Of a stretch of 64,000 nucleotides of DNA, positions 37,701 through 50,487 are shown in pieces. The stretch is from Dicyema japonicum. Its lineage: Eukaryota > Animalia > Dicyemida. The stretch lies in contig RDEW01000005.1 of assembly GCA_011109175.1 (NCBI GenBank), forward strand, positions 1,670,657 to 1,734,656. Reading direction: 5' to 3'. How positions within the stretch are numbered: position 1 is the stretch's first letter; each line of letters opens with the position of its first letter. The position numbers and the translations under genes are program-made. The notes under the pieces are model-generated. The model searched no databases and was not told the origin of the DNA. It was given only the letters and a program-made list of their open reading frames with translations.

Positions 37701-40276
37701 AGTCCTAATCGTTTCTTAGCGTATTCTATATGTTATTACGATTTAGGGAGAACCAGTACTATGACAGAGCTAAGATTGGGAAGTACTGCGAATCTAGGAA
37801 CCCTCAGCTGTCATGTATAGCATATGATGCAGGAGACCTTCCATATGACCTCATCAGGGTTTATTAGTGATTTTATTGATAGGTCACCAACGAAAACTCT
37901 TTGTTTAAGATTCAGGCGCGTTATTTGATGAGAAGAAAGGATGAGAAAGTGTGGGCTTTTGTCTTGGCAGCTGAGAATGAATGCAGAAAGCAGTTGATCA
38001 CCCAAATTGTGCAGATTGCTTTGCCCGAGTCGCAGAACCCAGAGGACATTAGTGCTGCAGTCAGGGCTTTCTTAGCTGCTGGCTTAACGGACGAGTTGAT
38101 TGAATTTCTCGAGAAAATTGTTTTAGAAAACTCGATATTTAGCGAACACACGTATTTCGTTGAAAATGTTGTAGAAATTTGCAAAACCTGTTAATATTGA
38201 CTGGTCTCAACAGTAAAACAGCGAATGTGTCCCTCTACCTTGAAAGACTGGATAAATATGATGCTCCCGAGATTGCAAAGAAGATAATTGAGCACGATCG
38301 GTTTGAGGATGCTTTTACGATTTATAAAAAGTTTGGTTACAATACAATGGCAATTCAGGTGGATGTCTTTGTTAAATTAGATTATGGTTGAGAGTATCGG
38401 GGATTTTGATAGAGCATTGGATTTTGCTGATAAATGCAACGAATCAGTCGTGTGGACTATTCTTGGACAAGCACAGCTCGGTCAACCTGAGTTATTGAAA
38501 TCTGCGTTGACTTCATTCCTTCGTTCAGGAGAGTCAACTAACTATCTCCGTGTGATTGACGTTGTTATGAACGTTGACGGTATCAATTGGCTCTGATTTG
38601 CAGACCACTGGGAAGAATTGATCAAATATTTGAATATGATCAGAAAAACCATTCGTAACTCAAACACTGATAATGCTTTGATTCTAGCATTCGCAAAATG
38701 TGACAAACTCAATGAACTGTGCGAGTTTATAGAGTCCGCCAACATTCATGCAGATTTAAACAGAGTCTGATGTCTGTTTTATTGAAAGGTGGGAGATCAA
38801 TGTTTCAATAGTGGGTTGTTTCAATCTGCAAAAGCTCTTTTCAGTAATTCTGGCAACTATATGAAACTGGCAGTGGTCCTTATCTACTTAAAGGAGTATA
38901 ACAATGCTATTGATATTGCTCGGAAGGCTAACAATGTTGATTCCTGGAAAGGGGTCTGTGTGTTTTTTACTTTTTGTAGGTGTTTTTTGTGTGTATCGAC
39001 GACTCTCAGTTCCGATTGGCCAAGATTGCTGCCCTCTACGTTGTGGTCTATGCGGATGAGCTATCTGGGGTGGTCACGTACTATGAGGATAGAGGTTACT
39101 ACTCACAATTGTTGGATATGATGGAATCTGCAATAAGTTTAACAATTTGTGAGATTGACAGGTCTTGAAAAGAGTCACGTTGGGATCTTCACGGAATTGG
39201 CTATTTTGTATGTGAAATACAAACCAACCAAGACATACGAACACTTAGAGATGTTTTGGAATCGAATGAACATTCCAAAAGTGATTAGGGCAGTGTTGAA
39301 TGCTCACATGTGGATTGAAGTTGTTTACCTTTACGACAAATATGAGGAATATGACAATGCCATTTTGACGATCATTGAACACCCTAGTTTAGGATGGAAG
39401 GAATCGTATATAAAAGATATTGTTATTAAGGTTAATTATTATTTGTATTTAAGGTCACAAGTTCAGAGTCAATTTACAAAACTATTTCCTTCTATATTAA
39501 GTACTTCCCAATGAGACTGGAAGACTTGATGATTGCAGTTTCCTCGAGGATTGACCCTACTCGAACAATTAAGATGATCCAGGCTGAAGGATTATTGCAT
39601 ATTGTAAACAATTACCTCATATCTCAACACTGTCGGGGGTCAAAGGCTGTCGACGAAGCACTTAACATGCTGCTTATTGAACAAGGGGACCACGAAGAAC
39701 TATTATCTATAGTTGAAACAAAAACACAGGCATTGTACGACAAACTGGAATTGGCCAAAGTACTTCAAAATCACCCACTCCGTGCATTCCGGAATATTGC
39801 TACATATCTGATGAGACAGTCCAACAGAATTGGAGATTCTATTGAGCTTTGCAAGCGGGATGGGTTGTACTCTCAGGCAATAATCCACACGGCTGAATCC
39901 AACGACCCCGAATTGGCTTATTCTCTCATTGAGTGGTTCCTCGACAAGGAACTTTTTTCTTTTTTCTCCGCAGCTCTCTATCACTGCTACAGTTTATTAC
40001 CCCCCGACCGCGTACTAGAATCTGCATGGAGACACAATGCGATGGATTTCGCTACGCCTTTTTTTATACAGACTTTGGCTTCTCTAAATAATCGGGTTGT
40101 GTTTTATTATGTATTGAACAAGGTTCTTAAGCTGGAATCTAAGGACATGGATCGAACAAAAAAGGAGGATGAAAATAGTAATGAATTTGTCCCAGTTATG
40201 AGTATTGCCTTTAGTTATTTTAGCTTACACTAACAACCTCATGATTGGTGGTGGACACATGTTTGGAGGCCAATAG
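34723..40276 (+). CDS. CLTC: Clathrin heavy chain
   Basis: [94 protein letters not shown]; ends [12 protein letters not shown]. Confidence 0.97.
37520..37652. repeat. Minisatellite, 20-21 bp unit (cactttgcttttggtaagac), about 6 copies, inside CLTC
   Basis: Directly visible tandem array. Confidence 0.95.
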
Positions 40277-40718
40277 TTGTTCTACTTTCTAACTAATATT
40301 TGTTATGGCTAATTTTGTTTTTTGGATATTATTTAAGACAGCATTTATTAATATATGAGTCGTTAGTGACCAACCCATGCTCTACACGTATGCTTTTAAT
40401 GATATTCTTGGTCAAAAGGATCTGAATATAGGTTCGTGTATTATTGTCTACCTTAAACGTATTTTTATGATGTTTACTTGCAATATCACCCGTTAGTACC
40501 ACGGTATTATCTTTAGCATCATGGATTAATGTTAATTCACTCGCTGTCCAGCTTATTAATATGCACATTTACTTTCATGTTTGTTGCAGTATCCAATAGA
40601 ATCTCCACCCACTCATTGGCGTGTATGAATTGCTCTGAATGAGTTGATTACCGACAAAAATACTTATTTTCTTTTTAAAATATTTTATTATCTTTTGGCA
40701 TTTACTCAAAATGATGCT

Positions 40719-41286
40719 AAAGACTGTGCAATCAGCTCATGAATGTGGCCTGAACGAATCAAGCATTTATTTTGACTTTAAAGAAGTGAGCTGTGACTAA
40801 ATTCTTGAAAGCGATAGCACTGTATCTCAGGCTTTCTATCTTATGATGGAAACGAAGATTATTTCTTGTTCCACAGATCCTGGTTCTAGCAACAGTAGAC
40901 GTGGAAAAATCTTTTCTACATTTCTACGTTCTACTGAGAATTGTTCCATGAGCCAAATTCTGAGTAACTTCCAGTGTCCTAATACGTCATTTAATATTGT
41001 GGCATTAAGTCTGCAAGAAAGCTCGAGTTTCATGAAAGTTTTGGACGTTTTGACGGAAAAGGAGTCAGATTGCCAATAGTTAAACTTTTAATGGCTGCCC
41101 AGGAAGAAGCTCAATCTCTTTTTATAGTAGGACTAAAAATTGGCTTCTATAAAGGCGGAGTGGTATAGAAAGCCTGAGATACAGTGCTATCGCTTTCAAG
41201 ACTTTAGTCACAGCCCACTTCTTAAAAGCCAAAAGAAATGCCTGATTTTTTCAGATCCCCATTCATGAGCTGATTGTACAGTCTTT
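40719..41286. repeat. Inverted repeat, arms of about 121 bp, spacer of about 325 bp
   Basis: 40719-40839 is the reverse complement of 41165-41286 with scattered mismatches. Confidence 0.9.
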
Positions 41287-41550
41287 GCCACTAACCAGAA
41301 AAGGTGTGTCAATTGTGGTTTCGAAAACCATTTAGCTAACGATTGGAGTGAAGTTTCTAAACTAAAAGAATACTATTTAATAGTGAAAAAATTCGCAAGA
41401 ACAGCTCCCAAACTTGATAATATCAAAAGTTATTTAAAAAGTCCTGATTTGGAGGTGAAGACTGGCTAGGACTTACCAATCGTAAAGAAAACTATTGAAG
41501 ATGGTGTTCAGACAGAGGAGACTGAAATGCTTGATTCTTCTGTAAAGTAT
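41000..41550 (+). mobile_element. LINE ORF1 (gag-like) zinc-knuckle remnant
   Basis: IQCYRFQDFSH...KKCL..H...KRCVNCGFENHLA. Confidence 0.55.
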
Positions 41551-41949
41551 TAAACGTGTCCTGAATTGGATTCTGGAGAGTTGCATATTATGATTCTCAG
41601 CAAACTAGAGAAGAGTATTAAGAATATTAAGACAAAAATAATGCCAAACTTTTATCTAAGATGATGTAGATCAGTGGTTCTCAACCTGGTCGGTGGGATT
41701 TGTACTTTTTGGCGTTGGATGAAACAAAGTCCTAATATGCAATATTACTTTGTCAAATGTAGCAACCAAGACTGCTACTAGGGGCAAAATTCCGTATTGC
41801 GAGAAGAACTTTATCGTTTGATGCAATCAGGGGACTCACTCCGGATGGGGGAAAGACTTGACGTAGGTTTTGGGGTGGCAGTGGATGCTTGTTCAGTAAC
41901 ATAATGGCTGTTTCTTTCATTTGTCCCAATCCATATTTAGATGTATCCA

Positions 41950-42440
41950 ATCACATGGATTACAATTGTTATATCAGAGAGATTCAGAATTCGCTTTGAA
42001 AATGCGCATGATTGCGGCACTCGCATTTGTCCCGACATTACATGTTGTTTATTAATTTGAACATGCGATTACAACAGTTTCCCAGAAGAAGCTCAACCTG
42101 TACTGGATTATGTAGAAGATATTTGGATACGACTTCCCGACCGCCTTCAAGTACATCGTTGTCTACGTTTTGCCCATGAATTGTGGAATTGTTTTGATGC
42201 AGCGAAAGGTGTTGGGCCTAAACAAATAAACTCTTGCGAAAGATGGCATCATTTTTTTAATTCTTTAATTGGAGCGTGTCATCCTACTATTCGGAAGTTT
42301 ATTGATGTTTTGAAAAAACAACAAGCAAGAAATGAAACTAAAATTGAACAGTATATTGCTGGTAAGGAAGGTCCTACACAAAATGAAAAATAACATAATA
42401 ACACAAAATAATTTTTTAAGAATACAACGCATTGTAAATG
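41950..42440 (+). mobile_element. MULE transposase C-terminal fragment
   Basis: MIAALAFVP, ELWNCFD, NSCERWHHFFNSLIGACHPTIRKFIDVLKKQQ. Confidence 0.75.
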
Positions 42441-42449
42441 ACTTAAAGC

Positions 42450-44174
42450 ATTTCAGCCTTGTTTAATGACTCATGTACTTCTACACAACCGGATTCATCT
42501 TGTTCCTCAATAGCAATTAATTTCTCCTCTTCTTCACTGTAATCAATTGAAATAAATTCTTCTATTCAATAGGATCATAAATATCTGTACTGGGTACGAT
42601 TTTATCAGTTACATTTAGGTTAGTATGTTTTGATTCGCATTCTGTACGTTCTTAAAGCAGTTTGAAATTGTTTGAGATTTCACACCTTCCCATGACATTT
42701 TTACAAACAATACAGTATCCCTAAGATTTGACTTTTATATGATTCATATACTGAGTTCTCACATTCCAATATATCCGTTGACTAATAATAATAAAGCCTT
42801 TTCACGAGAGCCACAGTATTTATAGCTCCGCATAGGCAGGACACACACTTTATTTAAGTAAAGAACAGTTAATTTTAACTAATCGTAAAACCAATGAATG
42901 ATCTTCACTTCTTTTTCTTGTGTGAGTGTCCTTTCTAGACAATCCAGTTCCGCAGTGAGTATCCACTGATGACGGCGTCACTCGTCAAACCCTTTCTGCA
43001 TTGTAGATGCGTGGAACCTTCCACCAGGTGAACAGAAGCGAGATTCGAACCCGTAGCCTAAGCCACTTAAGCCCGACATCTAACCACTATGCCACCCATC
43101 CGTTAACTGTACTTTGGAATAAAGATGATTTTAATATTTTTCAGATAAGAGGACAGCATGAGAGCCTTGGCTAGGAACAGGGGAGCATGGAAAAGGATGA
43201 CATCTAACCTTCTTTCTTTTGCTGCACATGCGGGGCTATAATTAGTATGGCTCTCGTGAAGTGCTTAAATAATAATAAGAGGTGGGCAATGGGATGGGCA
43301 ATTATCCATTAATAACAAATTTGATTTTTTTTCAATTTTCAATAGATTGTCAAAATTCGTGATCTAATTCGCAAAAATTGATAAAGTCATCCATGCCCTT
43401 TTTAGAATTGTAATAAAAAACTAAGGAATTATAACCATATTTCTTGATATATCGGGCATCTTTGGTTTCCCGATCAATAGTGGCTTTAACTTTTGTGTCC
43501 CTGACATATTGGCGCAAAGCATGACTGAAACTCTATCCTTGAAATTTTTATATCCGCCGAAAAGTGATTTGCAAATACTCCGAGAAGGAATCAATTTATA
43601 AAATATTCCTGTCTCATCTAAATTATAAATATTTTCAGACGAGTAACTCTTTGAAACTTCTTCAAATTCCTTTAAAAAGCCATCAATATCCACATGTTTT
43701 TCAGTGCACATTTCGCTGTGTAATTTACTCATTCGAAATCCATGTCTTTTTTTAAATTTCTCCAAAAACCCGTAAGAATCTTTAAAGTTAGTTAACGAAA
43801 GTTCTTTAGCGAAAAACTCTGCACTATGTAATACTAGAGAATCGTTCAATAATGCACCTAAATGTTAGAGTAAATAGTGTACCTTTTGATTCCATTGAAT
43901 CCATCCAATCTACTAGATTTTCATCAAGCTCCGGGTATTTTAATTTTTTACAAGTTTTTAGTTTAGGATTTTTGTTCTTGAACTGAAATAAAAGCGATTC
44001 TGCATTCATTAATATTGTATTGACTGTCCTTCTTGAGATTCTCTTTAAAAGAAGATGATCTGTTGTATATCGTCTGACATTAAGCTGACTTATGGTTTCT
44101 TTATACCGCAATATTTCCACTTTTTGAGCAATTGAAAGTATGGTGTAGCCTTCAACAGAAACATTCTGATCCAT
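42450..44174 (-). mobile_element. Tigger/pogo (CENP-B HTH plus DDE_1) transposase interrupted by nested insertions
   Basis: LSIAQKVEIL, KYPELDENLVDW, FKDSYGFLEKFKKRHG, IYNLDETGIFYK, RVSVMLCANMSG, PLLIGK; MSWEGVKSQTISNCFK near 42660. Confidence 0.85.
42784..43097 (-). mobile_element. Full-length tRNA-derived SINE (314 bp) with an 11-bp TSD
   Basis: A box tggcatagtgg, B box ggttcgaatct, structured body, (att)n tail; flanks atccgttgact (42773-42783) and atccgttaact (43098-43108). Confidence 0.9.
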
Positions 44175-44317
44175 GCTTGCTTTAATTATTTAAATTTTTA
44201 AAAATTTAAAAAAAATAAAAATAATTTTTAATAATGTTGGCAAATTGGTAAATATCATCGAAAAATAAAAAAAATCGATAAAAATGGCAAATTTCAGAAT
44301 TGGCAAATTTAAGAGTG

Positions 44318-44600
44318 TCATATTTGAGAGAGTTTGTATATGATGGTTAGGGCCTCTTTGTTTTGGCCGAAGGAATGGCCTGAGACAGCTTTCAGTATGT
44401 TGATCTTTCGTTCCTCCACATGTTTCGAGAGAGTTAGTAGCTGGTCGAAAATGACTCCAAGTATTTTGGGATGTTTCGTAACGAGAAGTGTTTGCACGTG
44501 AATTGTTAAAATTCGTTGAAGATTTAGTAGGCGGCGGTTAGACGTGAATACAGTGACGGCGAATTTCGACAGAGATGGGGATTTTCTCCAAGCCACTCTT
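44318..44600 (-). mobile_element. LINE RT fragment
   Basis: HPKILGVIFDQLLT..KINILKAVSGHSFGQNKE. Confidence 0.75.
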
Positions 44601-44815
44601 CAAGAGTGTTCAAGTGGTTCTGGTTTCGCGCCTTCCATACTCCTGAAAGACTTTTCATGCGTATTAAGAAGTTATCGTTGAATATTTTATAATTTCGGGA
44701 GATCCCGTGAGCGCTGCTGGTTATTTGAGAGAATCTCGCTCGCCAAGGGCTGTATGACCACTTTTTCAGATTTCATTTAATTTCATAATTTTGGAATCCC
44801 AGCTTATTGACAACT

Positions 44816-45867
44816 ATGACCAATAAAATTTTATATCTTAGCAACGAAATGTTTGTGACGGTCTTCAAATTGACTCCACAGGTGTACTACAAATGTAGCC
44901 TTTTCTCAGTCGCATTCGTCATCTCAGGCTTACTCTCGTTCATTAAATACGTTGTGCCCTTTTTGCTGGCATTTTACGCTGGGGGTTGATCTAATATTTA
45001 ACTCAGGGTTTTGGCTTCAACAGAATGTCCTCTACGAACAACCGACAGTCTCTTTTACCAAAGATGTGTTGGTTTTTATGGCTGATGACACGCAATGCTG
45101 TTGTGCTTCCTCCATTAAGGACTACGTCCCCAATTGTGGATGCACTAACACCGCGTGTAAAATAAACATGATTCAGGTAGCCACCAGTGTCATTTGCAGT
45201 ACAGAGAACCTGATTCAAATTTCGACGGAGTCCCGGATTCTCTGAGCATGAGTTTGAGTCTGACCAATAACTTTATTGTGACAAAATTGTCAATCTCATC
45301 CGTTTTTGACGTAAAATTAAAGAAGCTGCACAATCCAATGCAAATCAAAGGAGTACTTCACGTAGATAGAGCGTCCTCCAATTTGTGCTACTCCTCATTT
45401 TCCGGAGATCTGATTATAGAACAAACGAGTCCCGTGGATCCCTACGACAACGTTAATGTATGAAATTGTAGATATCATTAGTTCAATATATTCAACACAT
45501 CCTCGTCAGCTTCCTATTTTGAGGTACTCCACAGCTACTATAACCAGAAAGGTTTTATCAACATCTATTTTAGTGTACACGTGGTTGAATGAGAATGGTC
45601 TAAGCAACTTCCCAACAACTTCATGCCAGACAAACCTCGTGAAAGCTGATTTTAACGTAAATTACCCCGAAGTTCCAATTTAGTATGAATTTGTGTACTA
45701 TTTATAGCTATAGGCCATCATTACGCTGAGTCATTAAAATTGGGTGGATTCAGTACATTTCGCTGTTTGTGATATTCGGCTTTATCAGCGACAAAATTAA
45801 AAAACTTGTTTTCTCAAATAGAATTGTCAGTTCAATCGAGATTCGCGAACAAGTCAAATTCGATTAA
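44816..45867 (+). CDS. TMEM231: TMEM231, ciliary transition-zone protein
   Basis: PFLLAFY|GFWLQQNVLYEQPTVSF; DSNFDGVPD; FSGDLIIEQ; ESLKLGWIQYISLFVIFGFISDKIKKLVFSNRIV. The start may be the ATG near 44849. Confidence 0.88.
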
Positions 45868-46212
45868 TTTTTAAACTTTTCTTAGTTGACTTTCGATAAT
45901 GTTAAATGTTTGAGAATGTAAAAAACTCAGGAAACCTCCATTAAGTTTTTAATTTTACTGCCAGGATTTGAACTGAGCTTGATGCGTCCAAAGCTTCTTG
46001 AGATAAGGAACTCCTGTTTGAGCATCCTTCACAACTATTTAGGAGTGTCCTAAGATCCCTCAAGTACACAAATACACTCAATCAAAAAAAAAGGAAAACT
46101 CCCAATTGTCCATGAAACACAGTAGCTCCCCCAGCTGGAACACCGAACCTGGGACTTTTGGCAACACTCAGAAATGTTATTTTTTGGAGAAATAGTGAAT
46201 AAATGTAAAATA

Positions 46213-47279
46213 TTAACGGCTTTTAGTCAGAGTAAGTAGAGGACTAATTATATCCTTTCCAAGCATGTGATACAACAATTCCACTATTCTTAAACTCACT
46301 GCTGATTTGTCTGCGATCTGAATCGGGGACCGCTTTTGATTTGGATTTCTCGAGTCTCTTTGTCTAAAAATATTTACAAAATGTACGATTTGATTTATTT
46401 CCTTTATATTTTGCAAGACTTTGACACGTGTTCAGTTTGTTTTATACGAGTTGGCTTATACAAACGGTCAACGACCTGTTTAATCTCATAGGAGGTCAAT
46501 CTTTGATACCCCATTCCGAATTCAGGCTGCAATATAGTCCCCCATATGTATTTTGATCTGTTACCCCTAACTGATGATTTTATTGAGCGTATTCTTTCCA
46601 TACGTCCAATATTTAATTTCCTTATTTTTAAACACCCTAAGTGAACGACCTTGATGTTTGTGTGTATCCATGGTGATATAATTTTATTATAGGATCTCCC
46701 GATCAATATCAGAATGGAAAGTATTTAGTTTCCACGGTCTCATAACCAGAGAGACCTTCCAAAGTAACAAATGAGTCCATCCAGAATAAGTGGAAACAGA
46801 AGAAAGCGTCCAGTCTTTGAAGTTGAGGGAACCCATCATTGCAGTGGGGAGTCAAACGATCCTTTTTCATGCAATCCTGTCATTGAGTATCAGGTTTAGA
46901 ACTTCCTAACAATACAAAACACACGTGAGAGTCCAGTTCTCTCTCAGATTAGCTTTCCAGCTGCCTCCAAAGGTCCTATCTAACAGACTTAACCCTTTCG
47001 TGGGCCTTCCACCACTTCTTACTTTCCACGTCTGCAGACTTTTATTTATTTCTAATCAAAGAGCGTGTAAGTCTGTTTGATGCGAATTACAACTAATTCT
47101 TGGAAGAATTGACGGTTACTGCAAGAATCGGTCTCAAATAGGTACTGGTAGCCTATTCTCGATGTGAATTGGTCCAAAAAAGATGGCAACAATATACCCG
47201 TTAAATCTGCAGCAGCCTTCAACCTCGTCTCGTTAATTGGGCCTCCTTCTTCACCCAGAAGTATTTTGATGTTGATCAT
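46213..47279 (-). CDS. Probable multi-exon gene(s), product unidentified
   Basis: Three ORFs in the track plus intervening protein-like frames; no family recognised. Confidence 0.35.
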
Positions 47280-47810
47280 TAGTTATTTATTTGTATTTAT
47301 TTAACTCCAAGACCACCAAGAAGATAGGTCAAAACTAACTAATTAGGTGATCCCAGCCTCCAACAACATCCAAACTCTCTTCGTCTGGTCTTCTGATGAC
47401 TCAACCACATTCCGGAAGCACCTTCTCTTCCTTCTCCATAAGAATTCAATCGGCGTGAACTTTTTTTATAACCGACCGAAATTCCTCTGCATGGGCCACC
47501 TTTTCCTTGAATGAGTTTCCCAGTTCCTTGCAAAAACGTAGGAAACCATGGTCATTTCTCACCGTCACCTCCTCTGAGAGCAGACTGGGGACGGATGTGG
47601 AGTCTGATTGTTTGTGAAATTGGTAGGCCACCCTTCCAAAGGATGTAGAGGAATTGAGAAGTTCAAACGGTTCTCTTTAGTGCATAGCTTGCACCGGACG
47701 CCACCACACCAACAAGTGAACCGCATGCCGCCAAGCTAAATTAATAATTCAGCATAAGTTCGGGGTCATCCCTGTACTACAGCAGCTTTGTACCATACGA
47801 TAAATGATGT

Positions 47811-48330
47811 TTACATCATCACTAGAAAAAAACGTCGTTTTCCTTTTAGTAACTTTTCCGATGGCTTCTGATACAGGCGGTACTTCATATAACTCACCTT
47901 GTGTTTTTCACTGCCGCAGTTTACACACTTCACAGTCAGTGTGCCCCAAAAGAAAGGTACTTCTCTTGTGAAGTGCAGCGGGAACTTGTATGGCCGAATC
48001 CCAGACACCTGTATGACCTAAAATATCCTATCCTCACACATTGAATGTGCTCAGTTTCCTCTCCTATTGGAAAAGCGTTCAAGTCCTCCTTGATTGTGTT
48101 TAGGATATCAACCAGAGTCTAAAAACTAGCACACATCATCTTTTTCTTCGACTCCACCAAGGACCGACAAGTTGTTTCGCGTTCAAATCCCCTTCAAAAA
48201 GTGAAGCATCCTTCACAAGGATACTATTTTCCGGGATTTGGAATTGATAATTCCAGCACTGTCGGAAGCTGGACTGGAATTAAATTAGACTAAATTCAAA
48301 GTCTACAATTGCGGACTTTCAGAAGTATTC
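47811..48330 (-). mobile_element. LINE ORF1 zinc-knuckle remnant
   Basis: KCVNCGSEKHKVSY. Confidence 0.45.
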
Positions 48331-48339
48331 AAAAGCTTT

Positions 48340-49615
48340 GTCACGTTTCGGAAATTTACTGCCTGGAAGTATTTCCACACCCGATGAAGAACTTATATTC
48401 CTCGGATCCCCAATCACCATAAATGCAATGGGAAGGAAGAGCTATGCGTGAAAAAAGACTGTTACTCGGAGAGACTCTGGAACGTTTGTGTCTACTTGAC
48501 ATGCATATAGCATTATTCTTCCTGAAAAACAGTCTCAACATACAGAAGCTTGCATATGTCCTGAGGACTGCTCCCTATTTCACACTGTGTGACCACTCGC
48601 ACAGATTAATGAGATCTTCCGTACGACAGCGGAACATATCTTCAACGTCCGGTTCGAGGATTACTATGGAAGCAAGCCACGCTGCCAGTGAGACTCGGAG
48701 GACTTGGAATTCAGAACCCTGTGGACTTTCTTTTCCTTCACACCTATCATCGCTAGTGGCCTGTAACTCCCATGTCAAGAGGATTCTACACTCTCTACCT
48801 GAATTCTCTATTGACAAAGACGCCGGCCATGCTCGTGAGGAGCCGCACTTATCAGCTTTCCTTGCCTTCTCGTTCTCTCAGCGGGGCTTGGACGATGCTA
48901 TGTGCTGGAATTTTTCAAAGATTTTCTAGTGTCATCTAGTCAACATCGCCGTTCATGTTTGTTGTCGTGGGCGTCTTCCGAGAACGGTGCCTGGCTCAAC
49001 TCCATTCCCAATGGAGTTCTGGGTACTTTCCTGGATGATCTCATTGGACTAGGATTAAAAGTATGTGTCCACATCAGAGCCAATGCGGAGACCAGATTGA
49101 CTGTTTTGGCCTATACCCTTTCTCTTGGAGAAGAGTGCAGGTAGATTTCCCAGACACATGGCCTTGAACGAAGTAGCTTTGGACGCCGCCGGACATTCCT
49201 CCAGATCGAACCAGTCGGTCTTTGCAGGGGGACGAGAAACGACCAGATGGGATGACAATCTTTTCTTTTGAAGCCTGGAAGCTTCTTGTCTGGACGTTAC
49301 CTGCACCGACACGTTTGCCTCTTGCAACCTACACCAGAGTGCCTCTGGAGCCTGTTCTGTCGCTGAGAAGGCCGAGAAGATGAAACGGGAAAAGTACGCG
49401 GTCCTACCAAGAATTTTTTGTTTGTTCACTCGCCGTCGAGACGGCTGGTTCCCTTGCGCCTGCGACGCTGGAATTCATGAGTCGTCTGGGGAATCGGATC
49501 GCTACGAACAGGAGACCCTCATGAGCGCTGCTGGTTATTTGAGCGAATCTCGCTCGCCATCCTGAGAGGAAATAGCCACGCAGACAGGCAGCCGCTATAT
49601 AACCGTCTACTCTCT
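48340..49615 (+). mobile_element. CRE-like 3' half
   Basis: Close inverted relative of 24300-25420; LFFLKNSLNIQKLAYVLRT. Confidence 0.85.
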
Positions 49616-50031
49616 TTTCTTTCCTTAATAATTTTTTTGATAAAAATTTCATTTTTGTTTCATTGTGTGTAAATGAATTTTCGACCTCTTTAAATCGTGG
49701 AGATTATCATGAGTGTCCTTTGAGATCAACAAGGGCTCTACGGATGCGCCTCAAGTAAATTAATTAAATTATTCTAAAGAAAAAAATCAAACTAACTAAT
49801 TCTTTGATCCTGCGGCGTTAAGCAGCACCCTCATCCATGCACAGTGATTCAGAGAGCGTTGTCCGGGAAGCTGAGGTCCAGAACTCGTCGCCTTTTCTCC
49901 CGATGAAATGAATAGAAGGATTCTTTTGAATGCTGGTCAGGTTTGACTTACTTCTGAGTAAGGTGAATCCAATGACGCCACTAGAGGTAAGAGAAATCTT
50001 CAATCAGTTTAATTTATAAAGTTAATATTTT

Positions 50032-50385
50032 TTAACTTTTATTAAATAAAAAGTCATATTCCTCCTCGTTAAAGTCAATATCATCCTCAATTTGTACTTG
50101 TATTGTTTCCTTTTCTTTAGACTTGTTAATGTGTAGTCTTTTCTCATTTTCAGTCATATTCGCTAGATTAAAAGGCAGCTAATATCTCATAGCAAAAACA
50201 ACCCTTATTATGCGCCTAGGCTCGTGATATCTAATTCTTGCGGTTGTTCCATCTGAAAAAACCAGCAGACAGGGGTATTTTCGTTCATAAACTCCGCGAA
50301 TGCGGCAAATTGAGGCATGAAGAGAATTTTTCCGTAGTATATTATTAACAAGTGTTAGTATCACTCCGCTTTTTAAAAATCTCAT
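50032..50385 (-). CDS. MRPL55: Mitochondrial ribosomal protein mL55, 2 exons
   Basis: YERKYPCLLVFSDGTTARIRYHEPRRII|LPFNLANMTENEK; one 24-nt intron. Confidence 0.88.
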
Positions 50386-50487
50386 TGTATAAGCCACACG
50401 TAAATATGTTTTAAATTTTTTGAAATAATTTACAGAAATTAAATCTAAATATAAAATTAATTTTTTTCGCATTATATCAAATGATCC

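Noticed and set aside
40719-41286. MITE with long TIRs
   Set aside because: The right arm is internal to gag-like coding sequence and no TSD is seen
42950-43000. Hammerhead ribozyme on the SINE antisense strand (CUGAUGA present)
   Set aside because: No GAAA after stem II (reads GUC-AAA), and stem I would be only about 2 bp once CUGA is assigned to the core
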